The notes under the pieces were generated by a model. It was not told the DNA's origin. It did not search any database and was given only the letters and a program-made list of their open reading frames with translations. A stretch of 64,000 nt of DNA from assembly GCA_043823745.1 (NCBI GenBank), contig JBDRAN010000002.1, positions 6,296-70,295 on the forward strand, given 5' to 3'. A program made the translations under genes and the position numbers. This stretch comes from Candidatus Omnitrophota bacterium. Lineage in GTDB: Bacteria; Omnitrophota; Gorgyraeia; Duberdicusellales; 4484-171. This document shows, piece after piece, positions 10,396 through 19,003 of this stretch (positions within the stretch are counted from its first letter, which is position 1; every line of letters starts with the position of its first letter).

Positions 10396-11382
10396 ATGAA
10401 TAAGAAAGTAATCTTAAGCGGGATGCGTCCTACGGGAAAGCTTCATGTGGGACACTGGGTTGGTGCGCTTTCAAACTGGGTTGATCTGCAGGAAACATAT
10501 CAGTGTTTTTTTATGATCGCTGACTGGCATGCCCTGATGAGCGAGTATAAGAATTCGAAAGGTATTCGCGATTGCGTGGTCGATAACGTTAGCGATTGGT
10601 TTGCCTGCGGCATCGATCCGGAAAAATCGGTAGTTTTTATCCAATCCCACGTTCCTGAGCATCTTGAGCTCTATGCGGCATTGTCAGTGCTTACGCCGCT
10701 TGGCTGGCTTTTCAGATGCCCTACGTTTAAAGAGCAAATCCGGCAACTTCGCGATAAAGAAATCAATACGTATGCGTTTCTGGGGTATCCGGTCCTGCAG
10801 GCTGCTGATATTGTCATATACAAAGCGAATGCCGTCCCGGTAGGCGAGGATCAACTGCCCCACCTTGAGCTGTGCCGTGAAATTGTAAGGCGTTTTAACT
10901 CCATATATAAAAAAGAAGTTCTCATGGAGCCGCAAGGGTTACTTACTCCTGTTCCGCGGCTTCTCGGTTTTGACGGAAGAAAAATGAGTAAAAGTTATGA
11001 TAATTATATCGCGCTCGATGAGGATGATGCGGTTGTGCGCATGAAGGTCGCGAGCATGATCACCGATCCTGCTCGCATCAAAAAAGAGGACCGGGGGCAT
11101 CCGGATGTGTGCAATGTATTTTCGTATTATTCTGTGTTCGCGCCCCAGATGAAGCAGGAGGTACATACCTGGTGTACGAGCGCCGCGCGCGGTTGCGTGG
11201 AATGTAAAAAAATTATGGCAGACGCATTGTGTACGTTTATCGCGCCTCGACGCGAGAAAAAAAGAGAAATTCTTGCGAAAAAAGACATTCTTTATGATAT
11301 ACTAAATGAAGGAAAAAAGAAGGCCCAGGTAGTCGCGCAGCAGACATTACGAGAAGTAAAAGAAGCTATAGGTATGGAGTAG
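10396..11382 (+). CDS. trpS: tryptophanyl-tRNA synthetase
   Basis: SGMRPTGKLHVGH, YPVLQAADI, VPVGEDQ, KMSKS; start moved to ATG 10396 because the longer ORF reads through the repeat. Confidence 0.97.
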   Translation: MNKKVILSGMRPTGKLHVGHWVGALSNWVDLQETYQCFFMIADWHALMSEYKNSKGIRDCVVDNVSDWFACGIDPEKSVVFIQSHVPEHLELYAALSVLTPLGWLFRCPTFKEQIRQLRDKEINTYAFLGYPVLQAADIVIYKANAVPVGEDQLPHLELCREIVRRFNSIYKKEVLMEPQGLLTPVPRLLGFDGRKMSKSYDNYIALDEDDAVVRMKVASMITDPARIKKEDRGHPDVCNVFSYYSVFAPQMKQEVHTWCTSAARGCVECKKIMADALCTFIAPRREKKREILAKKDILYDILNEGKKKAQVVAQQTLREVKEAIGME

Positions 11383-11456
11383 ATGCGGATCGCCGCGGAA
11401 CGAAACGCGGAAATCCGCGGATAATCCGCGTAGTTATCCGCGCGTATCCGCTTCTA
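11380..11456. repeat. intergenic inverted simple-repeat element, sister of 10306-10384
   Basis: TAGATGCGGAT..ATCCGCTTCTA (10/11 IR) starting on the trpS stop; shares tccgcgtagtYatccgcg..ccgcttcta with the 10306 copy. Confidence 0.85.
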
Positions 11457-11466
11457 ATATTCATAT

Positions 11467-12213
11467 ATGAAAATACGACTTGACATATTCGAAGGCCCGC
11501 TCGATTTACTGCTCTATCTGATCAAAAAAGACCACCTCAATATCTACGATATCCCCGTTACCCAGGTTGTCGACCAATATCTGCAATTTTTGGAACTGAT
11601 GAAGATGATGGATATTAATCTCGCGTCAGAATATTTAGTGACCGCGGCAACGCTGATCAGTATTAAGTCGAAGATGTTGCTCCCTGTTGAAAAAACTGAA
11701 GAGGATGAGGTGGTCGACCCACGCGACGAGTTGGTGCAGAAATTACTTGAATATGAAAAGTTCAGGGAGGCGGCAGAATTTTTAAAATCGAAAGAAATCG
11801 AACGCCTTAAATATATTACCAGGCCCGCGACCGAGCTATCCGACAGCGAAGTGTACCTTGAAGCTTCGATTTTCGATTTGATCAGCGCATTCAAAAGCGC
11901 TCTTAAGGAAATTCCCAAAGATATATTTTTTGAGGTTATCAAAGATGAGTTTACGGTTGAACAAAAGATTCACGATCTTCTGCATTTATTGCTTATACGC
12001 GACAAAGTCCCTCTTAATGAACTCTTTGCGAGCGCGAAGAATAAACTTGAGGTTGTTGTGACGTTTCTGGCGATCTTGGAACTTATCAAGCTGCGTGAAA
12101 TTGTGGGTATCCAGGAAAAATTATTCGGGCCGATCCTCATTGCGCGCAGGGAGAATGTTCTTACCGCGCCCCCACAGCATGTTGAGAATGCTGATCAGAG
12201 AGTGCCGCAATAG
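11467..12213 (+). CDS. scpA: segregation/condensation protein A
   Basis: FEGPLDLLLYLI, ASEYLV.AATL..IKSKMLLP, VVTFLAILEL. Confidence 0.96.
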   Translation: MKIRLDIFEGPLDLLLYLIKKDHLNIYDIPVTQVVDQYLQFLELMKMMDINLASEYLVTAATLISIKSKMLLPVEKTEEDEVVDPRDELVQKLLEYEKFREAAEFLKSKEIERLKYITRPATELSDSEVYLEASIFDLISAFKSALKEIPKDIFFEVIKDEFTVEQKIHDLLHLLLIRDKVPLNELFASAKNKLEVVVTFLAILELIKLREIVGIQEKLFGPILIARRENVLTAPPQHVENADQRVPQ

Positions 12214-12228
12214 ATCGTATAAAAAGAT

Positions 12229-12360
12229 AAGCGCAGAGCGTATAGCGCAAAAAACTGTCCATAGTCCAGTGCGTAACGAAGTGGAGCCTCCTCAAAGAGG
12301 ACAGTCGATAGTCCACAGATTCAGACAGGAAAATAAAAAATTAAAAAGCGCTACACTAAG
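12229..12360. repeat. nested heptamer repeats (AGCGYAN; GTCCACA) with a REP-like insertion at 12268-12300
   Basis: agcgcag-agcgtat-agcgcaa; gtccata-gtcc[insert]aca-gtcgata-gtccaca; short right arm cgctaca. Confidence 0.75.
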
Positions 12361-12365
12361 GTTAT

Positions 12366-13391
12366 ATGGAAGACGAGAGAGTTGTTGATTATTTAAAGGA
12401 AAACGAAGAAGAGAAGGTCATCAATTTATCCCTGCGCCCGCAGTCACTGGAGGAGTTCATCGGCCAGCGTGCGATCATATCAAGTCTTGATATCGCGATT
12501 GCCGCAGCAAAAAAGAGAAGCGAACCCCTTGAACATGTTCTTCTCTCTGGTCCCCCGGGACTGGGCAAGACGTCGCTTGCCTATTGTATTGCCCGCGATA
12601 TGGGCGCCAAGCTTACAGCCACCAGCGGTCCCGCTATTGAGCGCGCGGGAGATCTGGTCGGCATCCTTACAAACCTGGAAAAAGGAGATATTCTTTTTAT
12701 TGATGAAATCCATCGGCTCTCTAAGGTGGTGGAGGAATTTTTGTATCCGGCAATGGAAAACTTCCAGATCGATTTTATTATCGACAAAGGGCCATACGCC
12801 AAAAGTGTTAAGTTTAATTTGAAACCCTTTACGCTTATCGGCGCAACCACCCGTAAAGGGCTTTTAAGTGCGCCGCTGCGCGGACGTTTCGGTCTTTTCT
12901 TTGATTTTGATTTTTATACCTCCCAAGACCTTGCGTTTGTCGTTGAGCGTAGCGCGCAGCTGCTTGAAGTCGCCATTGACAATGAGAGCGCGCTTGAGAT
13001 TGCGGGGCGTTCTCGAGGGTCTCCGCGCTTAAGCAACCGGTTATTGAAGCGGGTACGGGATTACGCTCAGGTCATCGGAGAGGGGCATATTGATCTTGCG
13101 ACGAGCCGTAAGGCGTTAAGCCAGGTGCGTGTTGATAACGAGGGCCTTGATGATCTTGACCGTAAGTATTTAAAAGCTATGATTGAGCTGCACCAGGGAG
13201 GTCCGGTCGGTATCGAAGCCATCGCGGCAAGCCTTGGTGAAGACAAGGGAACTCTCGAAGACGTTGTTGAGCCCTACCTTTTAAAAAAGGGTTTTATCGT
13301 TCGTTCCCCCCGCGGGCGGATCGTTACCGAAATTGCCTACCAGCACCTCGATATCCCCTATACGAAGCAAACTCAGGGGAATCTCTTCTGA
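12366..13391 (+). CDS. ruvB: Holliday junction branch migration helicase RuvB
   Basis: LRP..L.EFIGQ, GPPGLGKT, FIDEIHRL, FTLIGATTR, GGPVG. Confidence 0.98.
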   Translation: MEDERVVDYLKENEEEKVINLSLRPQSLEEFIGQRAIISSLDIAIAAAKKRSEPLEHVLLSGPPGLGKTSLAYCIARDMGAKLTATSGPAIERAGDLVGILTNLEKGDILFIDEIHRLSKVVEEFLYPAMENFQIDFIIDKGPYAKSVKFNLKPFTLIGATTRKGLLSAPLRGRFGLFFDFDFYTSQDLAFVVERSAQLLEVAIDNESALEIAGRSRGSPRLSNRLLKRVRDYAQVIGEGHIDLATSRKALSQVRVDNEGLDDLDRKYLKAMIELHQGGPVGIEAIAASLGEDKGTLEDVVEPYLLKKGFIVRSPRGRIVTEIAYQHLDIPYTKQTQGNLF

Positions 13392-13432
13392 CCATTCTCT
13401 CTTCCGCAAAAGCTTTAATTTTCAATAAAGTA

Positions 13433-13441
13433 TGATATAAT
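13433..13441 (+). promoter_or_regulatory. extended -10 promoter (TGnTATAAT)
   Basis: TGATATAAT 24 nt upstream of the 13466 ATG. Confidence 0.55.
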
Positions 13442-13465
13442 CTGCCTCCTTAGCAGATATATACT

Positions 13466-13696
13466 ATGATGAGCACGTTGGGGAAAACGCTTATTTTGAT
13501 TGGTTCTTTGTTTATACTCGCGGGTCTCGTTGTGTTTATGGCATCCCGCGGTAAAGTGCCTTTTTTAGGGAAACTACCGGGAGATATTCTCGTTCAGAAA
13601 AAAAATTTCACCTTTTATTTTCCCTTAGCCACCTCTCTGGTGGTTAGTGTGGGAGTGAGCCTGATACTTTTTATTATTGCGCGTATGCGTAAGTAA
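13466..13696 (+). CDS. DUF2905-like small membrane protein
   Basis: Two TM segments around LGKLPGDI...NFTFYFPLATSL. Confidence 0.85.
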   Translation: MMSTLGKTLILIGSLFILAGLVVFMASRGKVPFLGKLPGDILVQKKNFTFYFPLATSLVVSVGVSLILFIIARMRK

Positions 13697-13700
13697 TACA

Positions 13701-13772
13701 ACGTATCACGTAACACGTAACAGGGAACACGTCTTTTTGAAAACGTGATACGTGATACCGGTGGCCCGGTAT
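13701..13772. repeat. intergenic inverted heptamer element (ACGTAAC / ACGTGAT)
   Basis: acgtatc-acgtaac-acgtaac-agggaac then acgtgat-acgtgat; small hairpin ataccgg..ccggtat in the right arm. Confidence 0.8.
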
Positions 13773-13788
13773 ATACTATTCTATTTTT

Positions 13789-14895
13789 ATGTTTACTATT
13801 ATAAAAGAAGACACGGTAACCAAAGCGCGGCTCGGTATTTTTAAAACGCCGCACGGCTCGGTCAACACGCCCGCATTTTTCCCAGTCGCCACGCAGGCAG
13901 CGGTCAAGGGTTTAACGACCCGGGAGCTTGATGAGATAGGAATTGAGGGGCTTCTGGTGAACGCGTATCATTTATACCTGCGGCCCGGCGTTGATGTTAT
14001 CAGGAACGCGGGAGGATTGCATCGGTTTATGGGGTTTGACAAGACGATCATTACCGATAGCGGGGGATACCAAATTTTTAGTCTTGAGCCCTTTCGTAAC
14101 GTAACTGATGAGGGGGTCGCCTTTCAATCGCACATTGATGGTAAAACGTTCTTTTTAACTCCGGAGAGCGTCATGGGTGTGCAACAGGCTTTAGGAAGCG
14201 ACGTGGCCGTCCCCCTTGACGAATGCGTTAAGTATCCGGCATCATACGAGGTTGCTGAAAAAGCGTGTACGCGAACGGTGTGTTGGGCGCAAAAGAGTAA
14301 AACATTCTTTGACCGGGAAGCTCGTGGACAAGCTTTCTTTGCGATTGTGCAGGGTGCAACGTTTGCGGACTTACGTGCCCGGTGTCTCGAGGCTCTTCTT
14401 TCGCTTTCACCGCAGGGGATTTGCATCGGCGGTTTAAGTGTTGGCGAGCCAGAGGATTTACGGTATAATATGCTTTCTCTTATCAACTCCCAGCTTAACG
14501 GGACCTTTCTTCGTTATTTTATGGGATATGGTATGCCGCGGGATATTCTGGAGGCGGTCAGTCTGGGAACTGATTTGTTTGATTGCGTTGTTCCCACGCG
14601 TCTGGCACGCACAGGGACAGTTTTTACCTGGGAGGGAAAACTGGTCGTAAGAAATTCGCCGTACATCGATGACCACAGGCCGATTGACAATCAATGTTCG
14701 TGTTATGTCTGTAAAAAATTTTCGCGCGCCTATGTGCGTCATTTAGTCAATGTTAATGAAATGCTCGCAGCTCAACTGCTCAGTTACCATAACGTTTTCT
14801 GGTATAAAATGTTTATGGACCGGATAAAAGATGCAATTGCACAGGATCGCTTTGCGGAATTTAAGAAGGAATTTTTATCAAGGTATAAGGAATAA
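13789..14895 (+). CDS. tgt: queuine tRNA-ribosyltransferase
   Basis: TPHG, NAYHLYLRPG, TDSGGYQ, GGLSVGE, DLFDCV.PTR, CxCxxC..H zinc site. Confidence 0.97.
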   Translation: MFTIIKEDTVTKARLGIFKTPHGSVNTPAFFPVATQAAVKGLTTRELDEIGIEGLLVNAYHLYLRPGVDVIRNAGGLHRFMGFDKTIITDSGGYQIFSLEPFRNVTDEGVAFQSHIDGKTFFLTPESVMGVQQALGSDVAVPLDECVKYPASYEVAEKACTRTVCWAQKSKTFFDREARGQAFFAIVQGATFADLRARCLEALLSLSPQGICIGGLSVGEPEDLRYNMLSLINSQLNGTFLRYFMGYGMPRDILEAVSLGTDLFDCVVPTRLARTGTVFTWEGKLVVRNSPYIDDHRPIDNQCSCYVCKKFSRAYVRHLVNVNEMLAAQLLSYHNVFWYKMFMDRIKDAIAQDRFAEFKKEFLSRYKE

Positions 14896-14897
14896 CT

Positions 14898-14965
14898 GCT
14901 CCAAGCTACAAGTCCCAGGTCCCAAGCTTCAAAAAGCCTGTAGCTTGCAGCCTGTAGCCTGAAGC
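14898..14965. repeat. intergenic inverted heptamer element (CCAAGCT / GCYTGTA)
   Basis: ccaagct-acaagtc-ccaggtc-ccaagct then gcctgta-gcttgca-gcctgta-gcctgaa. Confidence 0.8.
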
Positions 14966-14968
14966 GAA

Positions 14969-15673
14969 ATGATTATAGATATAATAACTATTTTCCCTGA
15001 AATGTTTTCACCGATACTGGGTGAATCGATTATTAAGCGAGCCCAGGACAAGGGCCTGGTGAGGATCAATTGTCATGATTTGCGCGATTATTCCGATGAT
15101 TCGCATAAAAAGATAGACGCTCCGGCGTATGGAGGAGGCGGTATGGTCTTTTGCCCCGCGCCTTTGTTTACGGCAGTTGAAACAATACTGGGGCGCAGCG
15201 CGCAACAGCAATCATCCCCCATGAAGGCTACGCGTGTTATTTTATTTGGTCCGCAAGGAAAAAAGCTTGATCAGGCAATGATCAAAAAATTTCTTACCTT
15301 TGAGAGGCTTATCTTGTTGGCGCCACGGTATGAGGGGGTCGATGAGCGTGTGCGGACTCATCTTGTTGATGAAGAAATCTCTATCGGAGATTATGTTTTA
15401 AGCGGCGCAGAACTTGCCGCAATGGTTTTTATCGATTGTCTCGTGCGTCGTATTCCGGGTGTCGTTTCTGACGCCTCAAGCGTGCTGCAGGAAAGCTTTG
15501 AGGATAATCTTTTGGATTTTCCTGCCTACACGAGGCCTGAGGATTTTCGTGGCCTAAAAGTTCCATCGGTGCTTTTGTCTGGTGACCATGGTGCCATCCA
15601 AGCCTGGCGCAAGAAGCAGGCGCTTGAGATCACGAAAGCCAAAAGGCCTGATTTGTTGGAACGGAGTACATAG
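14969..15673 (+). CDS. trmD: tRNA (guanine-N1)-methyltransferase
   Basis: IITIFPEMF, YGGGGMV, RYEGVDERV, SIGDYVLSGAE, YTRP, LLSGDH. Confidence 0.97.
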   Translation: MIIDIITIFPEMFSPILGESIIKRAQDKGLVRINCHDLRDYSDDSHKKIDAPAYGGGGMVFCPAPLFTAVETILGRSAQQQSSPMKATRVILFGPQGKKLDQAMIKKFLTFERLILLAPRYEGVDERVRTHLVDEEISIGDYVLSGAELAAMVFIDCLVRRIPGVVSDASSVLQESFEDNLLDFPAYTRPEDFRGLKVPSVLLSGDHGAIQAWRKKQALEITKAKRPDLLERST

Positions 15674-15976
15674 ACATTATGGCCTGTCCGTTGTTCGGTG
15701 ACAGGAAATGTAGGAAGTTTTTCGATAGTATCCCGCTTCACAATATACGCCAAAATTTTCACGCTCACGAGGTGAGCAGGATAATTTTGGCGCGTTCAGC
15801 GGGATTAATTCTCCCGGTTTTTCAAGTAGGAAGATTTGAAAGATTGTAGGTCTTATTAAAGTATCCCGACAGCTGGACGCTTCGAAAATTTATGCAAAAT
15901 TTTCTCGCAGCTGTCGGTACAATTCGACTAAGCGTTTTTTCTGCGGCCGGGGCCTTTAAAAAACGCAAGTCTCATT
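15674..15976. repeat. array of long imperfect hairpins; the 3' unit is related (inverted) to 62693-62745
   Basis: At least four stem-loops; reverse complement of 15925-15976 (aatgagacttgcgttttttaa..aaaaaacgcttagtcg) resembles 62693-62745. Confidence 0.65.
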
Positions 15977-15988
15977 GAGGAGGTTATT

Positions 15989-16336
15989 ATGGATAAGTTG
16001 GTTATGGTGGAGAAGGAAATGCTGGCAACTCTCAAGAAGGATTATCCTGCGTTTCGTCACGGCGATATCGTAAACGTGTATTACAAGGTTAAGGAGAAAG
16101 ACAAAGAGAGGATCCAGCGCTTAGAAGGAGTTGTCATCAAGGTGCAGGGGGAGATGCATCGTAAGTCATTTACGTTGCGACGCCTTGCGTATGGAGAGGC
16201 GTACGAAATAACATTTCCGTATTATTCTCCCAATATTGATAAAATCGCGTTGGTAAAAAAGAGCAAAAAGCTGCCCAGAAGGTCAAAACTCTATTACATG
16301 AGAGAAAAGACGGGCAAAGAAGCGATGGTAGCGTAG
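15989..16336 (+). CDS. rplS: 50S ribosomal protein L19
   Basis: P.FR.GD.V.V..KV.E..KERIQ..EGVVI, RRSKLYY.R; follows trmD; GGAGG SD. Confidence 0.96.
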   Translation: MDKLVMVEKEMLATLKKDYPAFRHGDIVNVYYKVKEKDKERIQRLEGVVIKVQGEMHRKSFTLRRLAYGEAYEITFPYYSPNIDKIALVKKSKKLPRRSKLYYMREKTGKEAMVA

Positions 16337-16337
16337 G

Positions 16338-16408
16338 TTAGCTCATAAGTTCTTAGGCTCATGAGATCATCAGCTTAGGAGCTTACGGGCTTATTAGCGT
16401 AAAGCTAA
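16338..16408. repeat. intergenic octamer element (AGCTCATR)
   Basis: TTAGCT..AGCTAA ends with 8-nt periodic agct/ggct units; same family as 22844-22898. Confidence 0.7.
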
Positions 16409-16413
16409 TTTCT

Positions 16414-16980
16414 ATGATTGTCGGCGTTGACGAAGCCGGAAGAGGCCCCTTAGCAGGAGTGGTAACAGCCTGCGCGTTATATTTGGTGAAAGAGCCTCCA
16501 TTTTCCGTTAGAGACTCTAAAGAACTTTCCGCAGTAAAGCGGGAAGAAATGTTTCCTTGGCTCATTGACAATGCGCTTGTCTGTGTCGGAATTGCAAGTC
16601 CTGAAGAAATAGATCGATATAATATTTTAGAGGCGACGATGCGCGCGGCAAATCGCGCGATCCGAGGGCTCCTGGCCAAGTCTCCTAAGCTTGCGCGCGC
16701 TCGCTTTATAATTGATGGTAACATTTTCCGTACCCATCTTGATATCAAATATGAATGCATCGAGAAGGCCGACAAGACTGTCAAGGAGGTTTCGTGCGCT
16801 TCTATCGTGGCTAAGGTCACCCGGGATCACCTCATGAGTATTGCCGATTTTCTTTACCCGGAGTGGTCTTTCAGGCAACATAAGGGGTATCCCACAAAAG
16901 AGCATTTTTCTTTAATAAAACAATATCCGGTCTCACCGCTGCACCGTAAGAGTTTTTTTCCCTGTAATCAGCATAGGTAA
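16414..16980 (+). CDS. rnhB: ribonuclease HII
   Basis: GVDEAGRGPLAG, DSK.L, IDGN, ASIVAKVTRD, HKGYPT, HRKSF. Confidence 0.97.
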   Translation: MIVGVDEAGRGPLAGVVTACALYLVKEPPFSVRDSKELSAVKREEMFPWLIDNALVCVGIASPEEIDRYNILEATMRAANRAIRGLLAKSPKLARARFIIDGNIFRTHLDIKYECIEKADKTVKEVSCASIVAKVTRDHLMSIADFLYPEWSFRQHKGYPTKEHFSLIKQYPVSPLHRKSFFPCNQHR

Positions 16981-16981
16981 G

Positions 16982-17329
16982 ATGCAGAAAGGAAAAGTTT
17001 ACGAAGACAAAGCAGCGCGTTTTTTAGAGCTTAAAGGATACAAAATTCTTTGTCGTAATTGGCGCGCTCGATACGGTGAGATCGACGTTATCGCCCGAGA
17101 CGGTGCGTATACGGTTTTTCTAGAAGTAAAAGCCCGTGCCCGTAACTGTAACGTAAGCGGGCTGGAGGCGTTGAGCGCGGCCAAACGTCACAGGATTGTT
17201 AAAACCGCGCTTCTCTATACGGCCGGCGCTCCTGATGCGTCATACCGGTTTGATGTGCTTGAGATCATTCACGGTAAGGATTGCTTAGAGTACAATCTTA
17301 TCAAGGACGCGTTTAGGATGAATGAATAA
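16982..17329 (+). CDS. yraN: YraN/UPF0102 endonuclease-like protein
   Basis: G...E..A...L...GY.IL.RNWR...GEIDVIA......F.EVK.R, RFDV. Confidence 0.93.
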   Translation: MQKGKVYEDKAARFLELKGYKILCRNWRARYGEIDVIARDGAYTVFLEVKARARNCNVSGLEALSAAKRHRIVKTALLYTAGAPDASYRFDVLEIIHGKDCLEYNLIKDAFRMNE

Positions 17330-17331
17330 TT

Positions 17332-17465
17332 TAGCTCATTGTTCATGGTACATGAGGGATGAGGGACGACCGCTTCGCTAGGACGAAGGATGATCACGCA
17401 ATACGCACGACGCAATACGCAATACGTAGAAAAATACGCAATACCCGATGCTCAATACGCAATAC
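17332..17465. repeat. stack of three heptamer repeat families (AGCTCAT, GAGGGAC, CGCAATA)
   Basis: agctcat-tgttcat-ggtacat; gagggat-gagggac..gaaggat; about 8 cgcaata-type units. Confidence 0.85.
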
Positions 17466-17499
17466 AAAAAGAGAAAGTTATTTAAGATTTGCTGACAAA

Positions 17500-18027
17500 A
17501 TGAAGAAGTACCACGCAGCGTTTAGGCCATATTTAAATGATCTTGCGGCACGTTCGCCATCGCCGGGCGGAGGAAGCGCGGTGTGTTTATTTGTTTGTCT
17601 GGGCATTAGTTTGATCGAAAAAGCAATACAATATTCCCTTATTCCCCGGGGTGCGGTGCCCTCTCGTTCTTTGCGCGGCGCTCTGCGGATAATGGGAGCC
17701 CGGCGTAAGAAAATAGCACTCCTTGTAGACCGCGACGGCTATTTTTTTGCAAAAATTATGACTACACGGGAAAAAGCGCGCGCCCGCTGGCTTACAAAAA
17801 GCGAACAACTTATTGTTGAAGTGGGGAAAAGTTCTCGTGAGGTATTTCTTCTTGCTAAAGAAATAGAATCTGGTATAAAAAAGGGTATTATGAGTGACTT
17901 TTTGATCGGGCTGGATGCTTTGCGCCTTGCGCTTAACGGATGCGCGTATAATCTTGAGACTAACGAAGCATTGTTTGGAAGAAAGAGCACGTATGCCCCT
18001 ATTTTTAAACGTTACGCAACGCACTAG
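17500..18027 (+). CDS. fchA: cyclodeaminase/cyclohydrolase family protein (FchA-like methenyl-THF cyclohydrolase)
   Basis: L..LAARSPSPGGGSA and LVDRD...F motifs, SD..IG..AL..A...N...N; directly upstream of folD; start moved past the repeat. Confidence 0.8.
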   Translation: MKKYHAAFRPYLNDLAARSPSPGGGSAVCLFVCLGISLIEKAIQYSLIPRGAVPSRSLRGALRIMGARRKKIALLVDRDGYFFAKIMTTREKARARWLTKSEQLIVEVGKSSREVFLLAKEIESGIKKGIMSDFLIGLDALRLALNGCAYNLETNEALFGRKSTYAPIFKRYATH

Positions 18028-18028
18028 A

Positions 18029-18868
18029 ATGGCAAAAATCCTTGACGCACAACCCATTTACGATGAATTGAGGGACGATTTAAAGAAGAATATCGCTACC
18101 TTCGGCAAACGTATTGGTCTGGCAAGTCTTGTTGTTGGCACAAATTATTCTTCACAGGTATACCTGGCTTCCCAAGAGCGTTTTGCGCATGATATCAATG
18201 TTGATTATTCTTTTGTGGAGCTTGGCCCGTTCGCTTCGGAGCACACCGCCCTTAAGAAGATAGAGCAGTTAAATGCCGATAGCCGCATAGCGGGTATTAT
18301 CGCCAACAAGCCGTTTCCTACCACGTGGCGCGAGCAGGCAATTTTTTCTGCTATAGCGTGCGCGAAAGATATCGAAGGTGTTACCCCACATAATTTAGGC
18401 TTGATATGTTTGGGCGAGCCTGCGTTTATCTCGCCGACTGTATTGAGCGTTCTTGAATTCTTAAAGCGAACGAAAATTAATCTGTATGGTAAAGAAGTTG
18501 TTATCGTCGGATTCTCTACGATAATCGGAAAGCCATTAGTGTTACTTCTCGCGCATCATTTTGCTACCGTTACCGTTACGCATATTGCGACGTACGAGGC
18601 AAAGCGGCTTCCGTTTTATATCGAAAATGCCGATATCGTTATTTCCGCGGTAGGAAAGCCTTCTTTAATTAAAGGTGCGTGGATTAAGAAAGGCGCAATC
18701 GTTATTGACGTAGGCACCGGCGAACGCGACGGTAAAATCGCCGGGGATGTGGAATTTGAAGAAGTGGCAAAGCGTGCCTCCTGCATCACTCCTGTACCCG
18801 GGGGTGTCGGCAAGCTGACCACGTTGTTTTTGTTTAAGAACTTGTTGAAAGCGGCAACCGGAATATAG
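18029..18868 (+). CDS. folD: methylene-THF dehydrogenase (FolD family, possibly monofunctional)
   Basis: KDIEG, GKEVVIVG.S.IIGKPL, ADIVISAVGKP, VIDVG, GDVEF, ITPVPGGVG. Confidence 0.92.
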   Translation: MAKILDAQPIYDELRDDLKKNIATFGKRIGLASLVVGTNYSSQVYLASQERFAHDINVDYSFVELGPFASEHTALKKIEQLNADSRIAGIIANKPFPTTWREQAIFSAIACAKDIEGVTPHNLGLICLGEPAFISPTVLSVLEFLKRTKINLYGKEVVIVGFSTIIGKPLVLLLAHHFATVTVTHIATYEAKRLPFYIENADIVISAVGKPSLIKGAWIKKGAIVIDVGTGERDGKIAGDVEFEEVAKRASCITPVPGGVGKLTTLFLFKNLLKAATGI

Positions 18869-18996
18869 CGTATAGAGAAAAGTCCACAGTCGACAGTCCA
18901 GTGCGTAGCTTGCCCGAAGGGCGTGCGGAGCCTCCTCAAAAAGGACGGTCCACCGATTTTCTAGAAGCTGATGGCTGAAGACTGATGCTGAAAGCT
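18866..18996. repeat. nested heptamer repeats (TAGCGTA, GTCCACA, GCTGATR) with a REP-like insertion at 18900-18944
   Basis: gtccaca-gtcgaca-gtcc[insert]acg-gtccacc; gctgatg-gctgaag-actgatg. Confidence 0.8.
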
Positions 18997-19003
18997 TAAA
19001 AGT

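Noticed and set aside
17359-17499. N-terminal ORF extensions in the track (17359, 10348, 21273, 39249)
   Set aside because: They are translations of intergenic repeats; family homology starts at the downstream ATG
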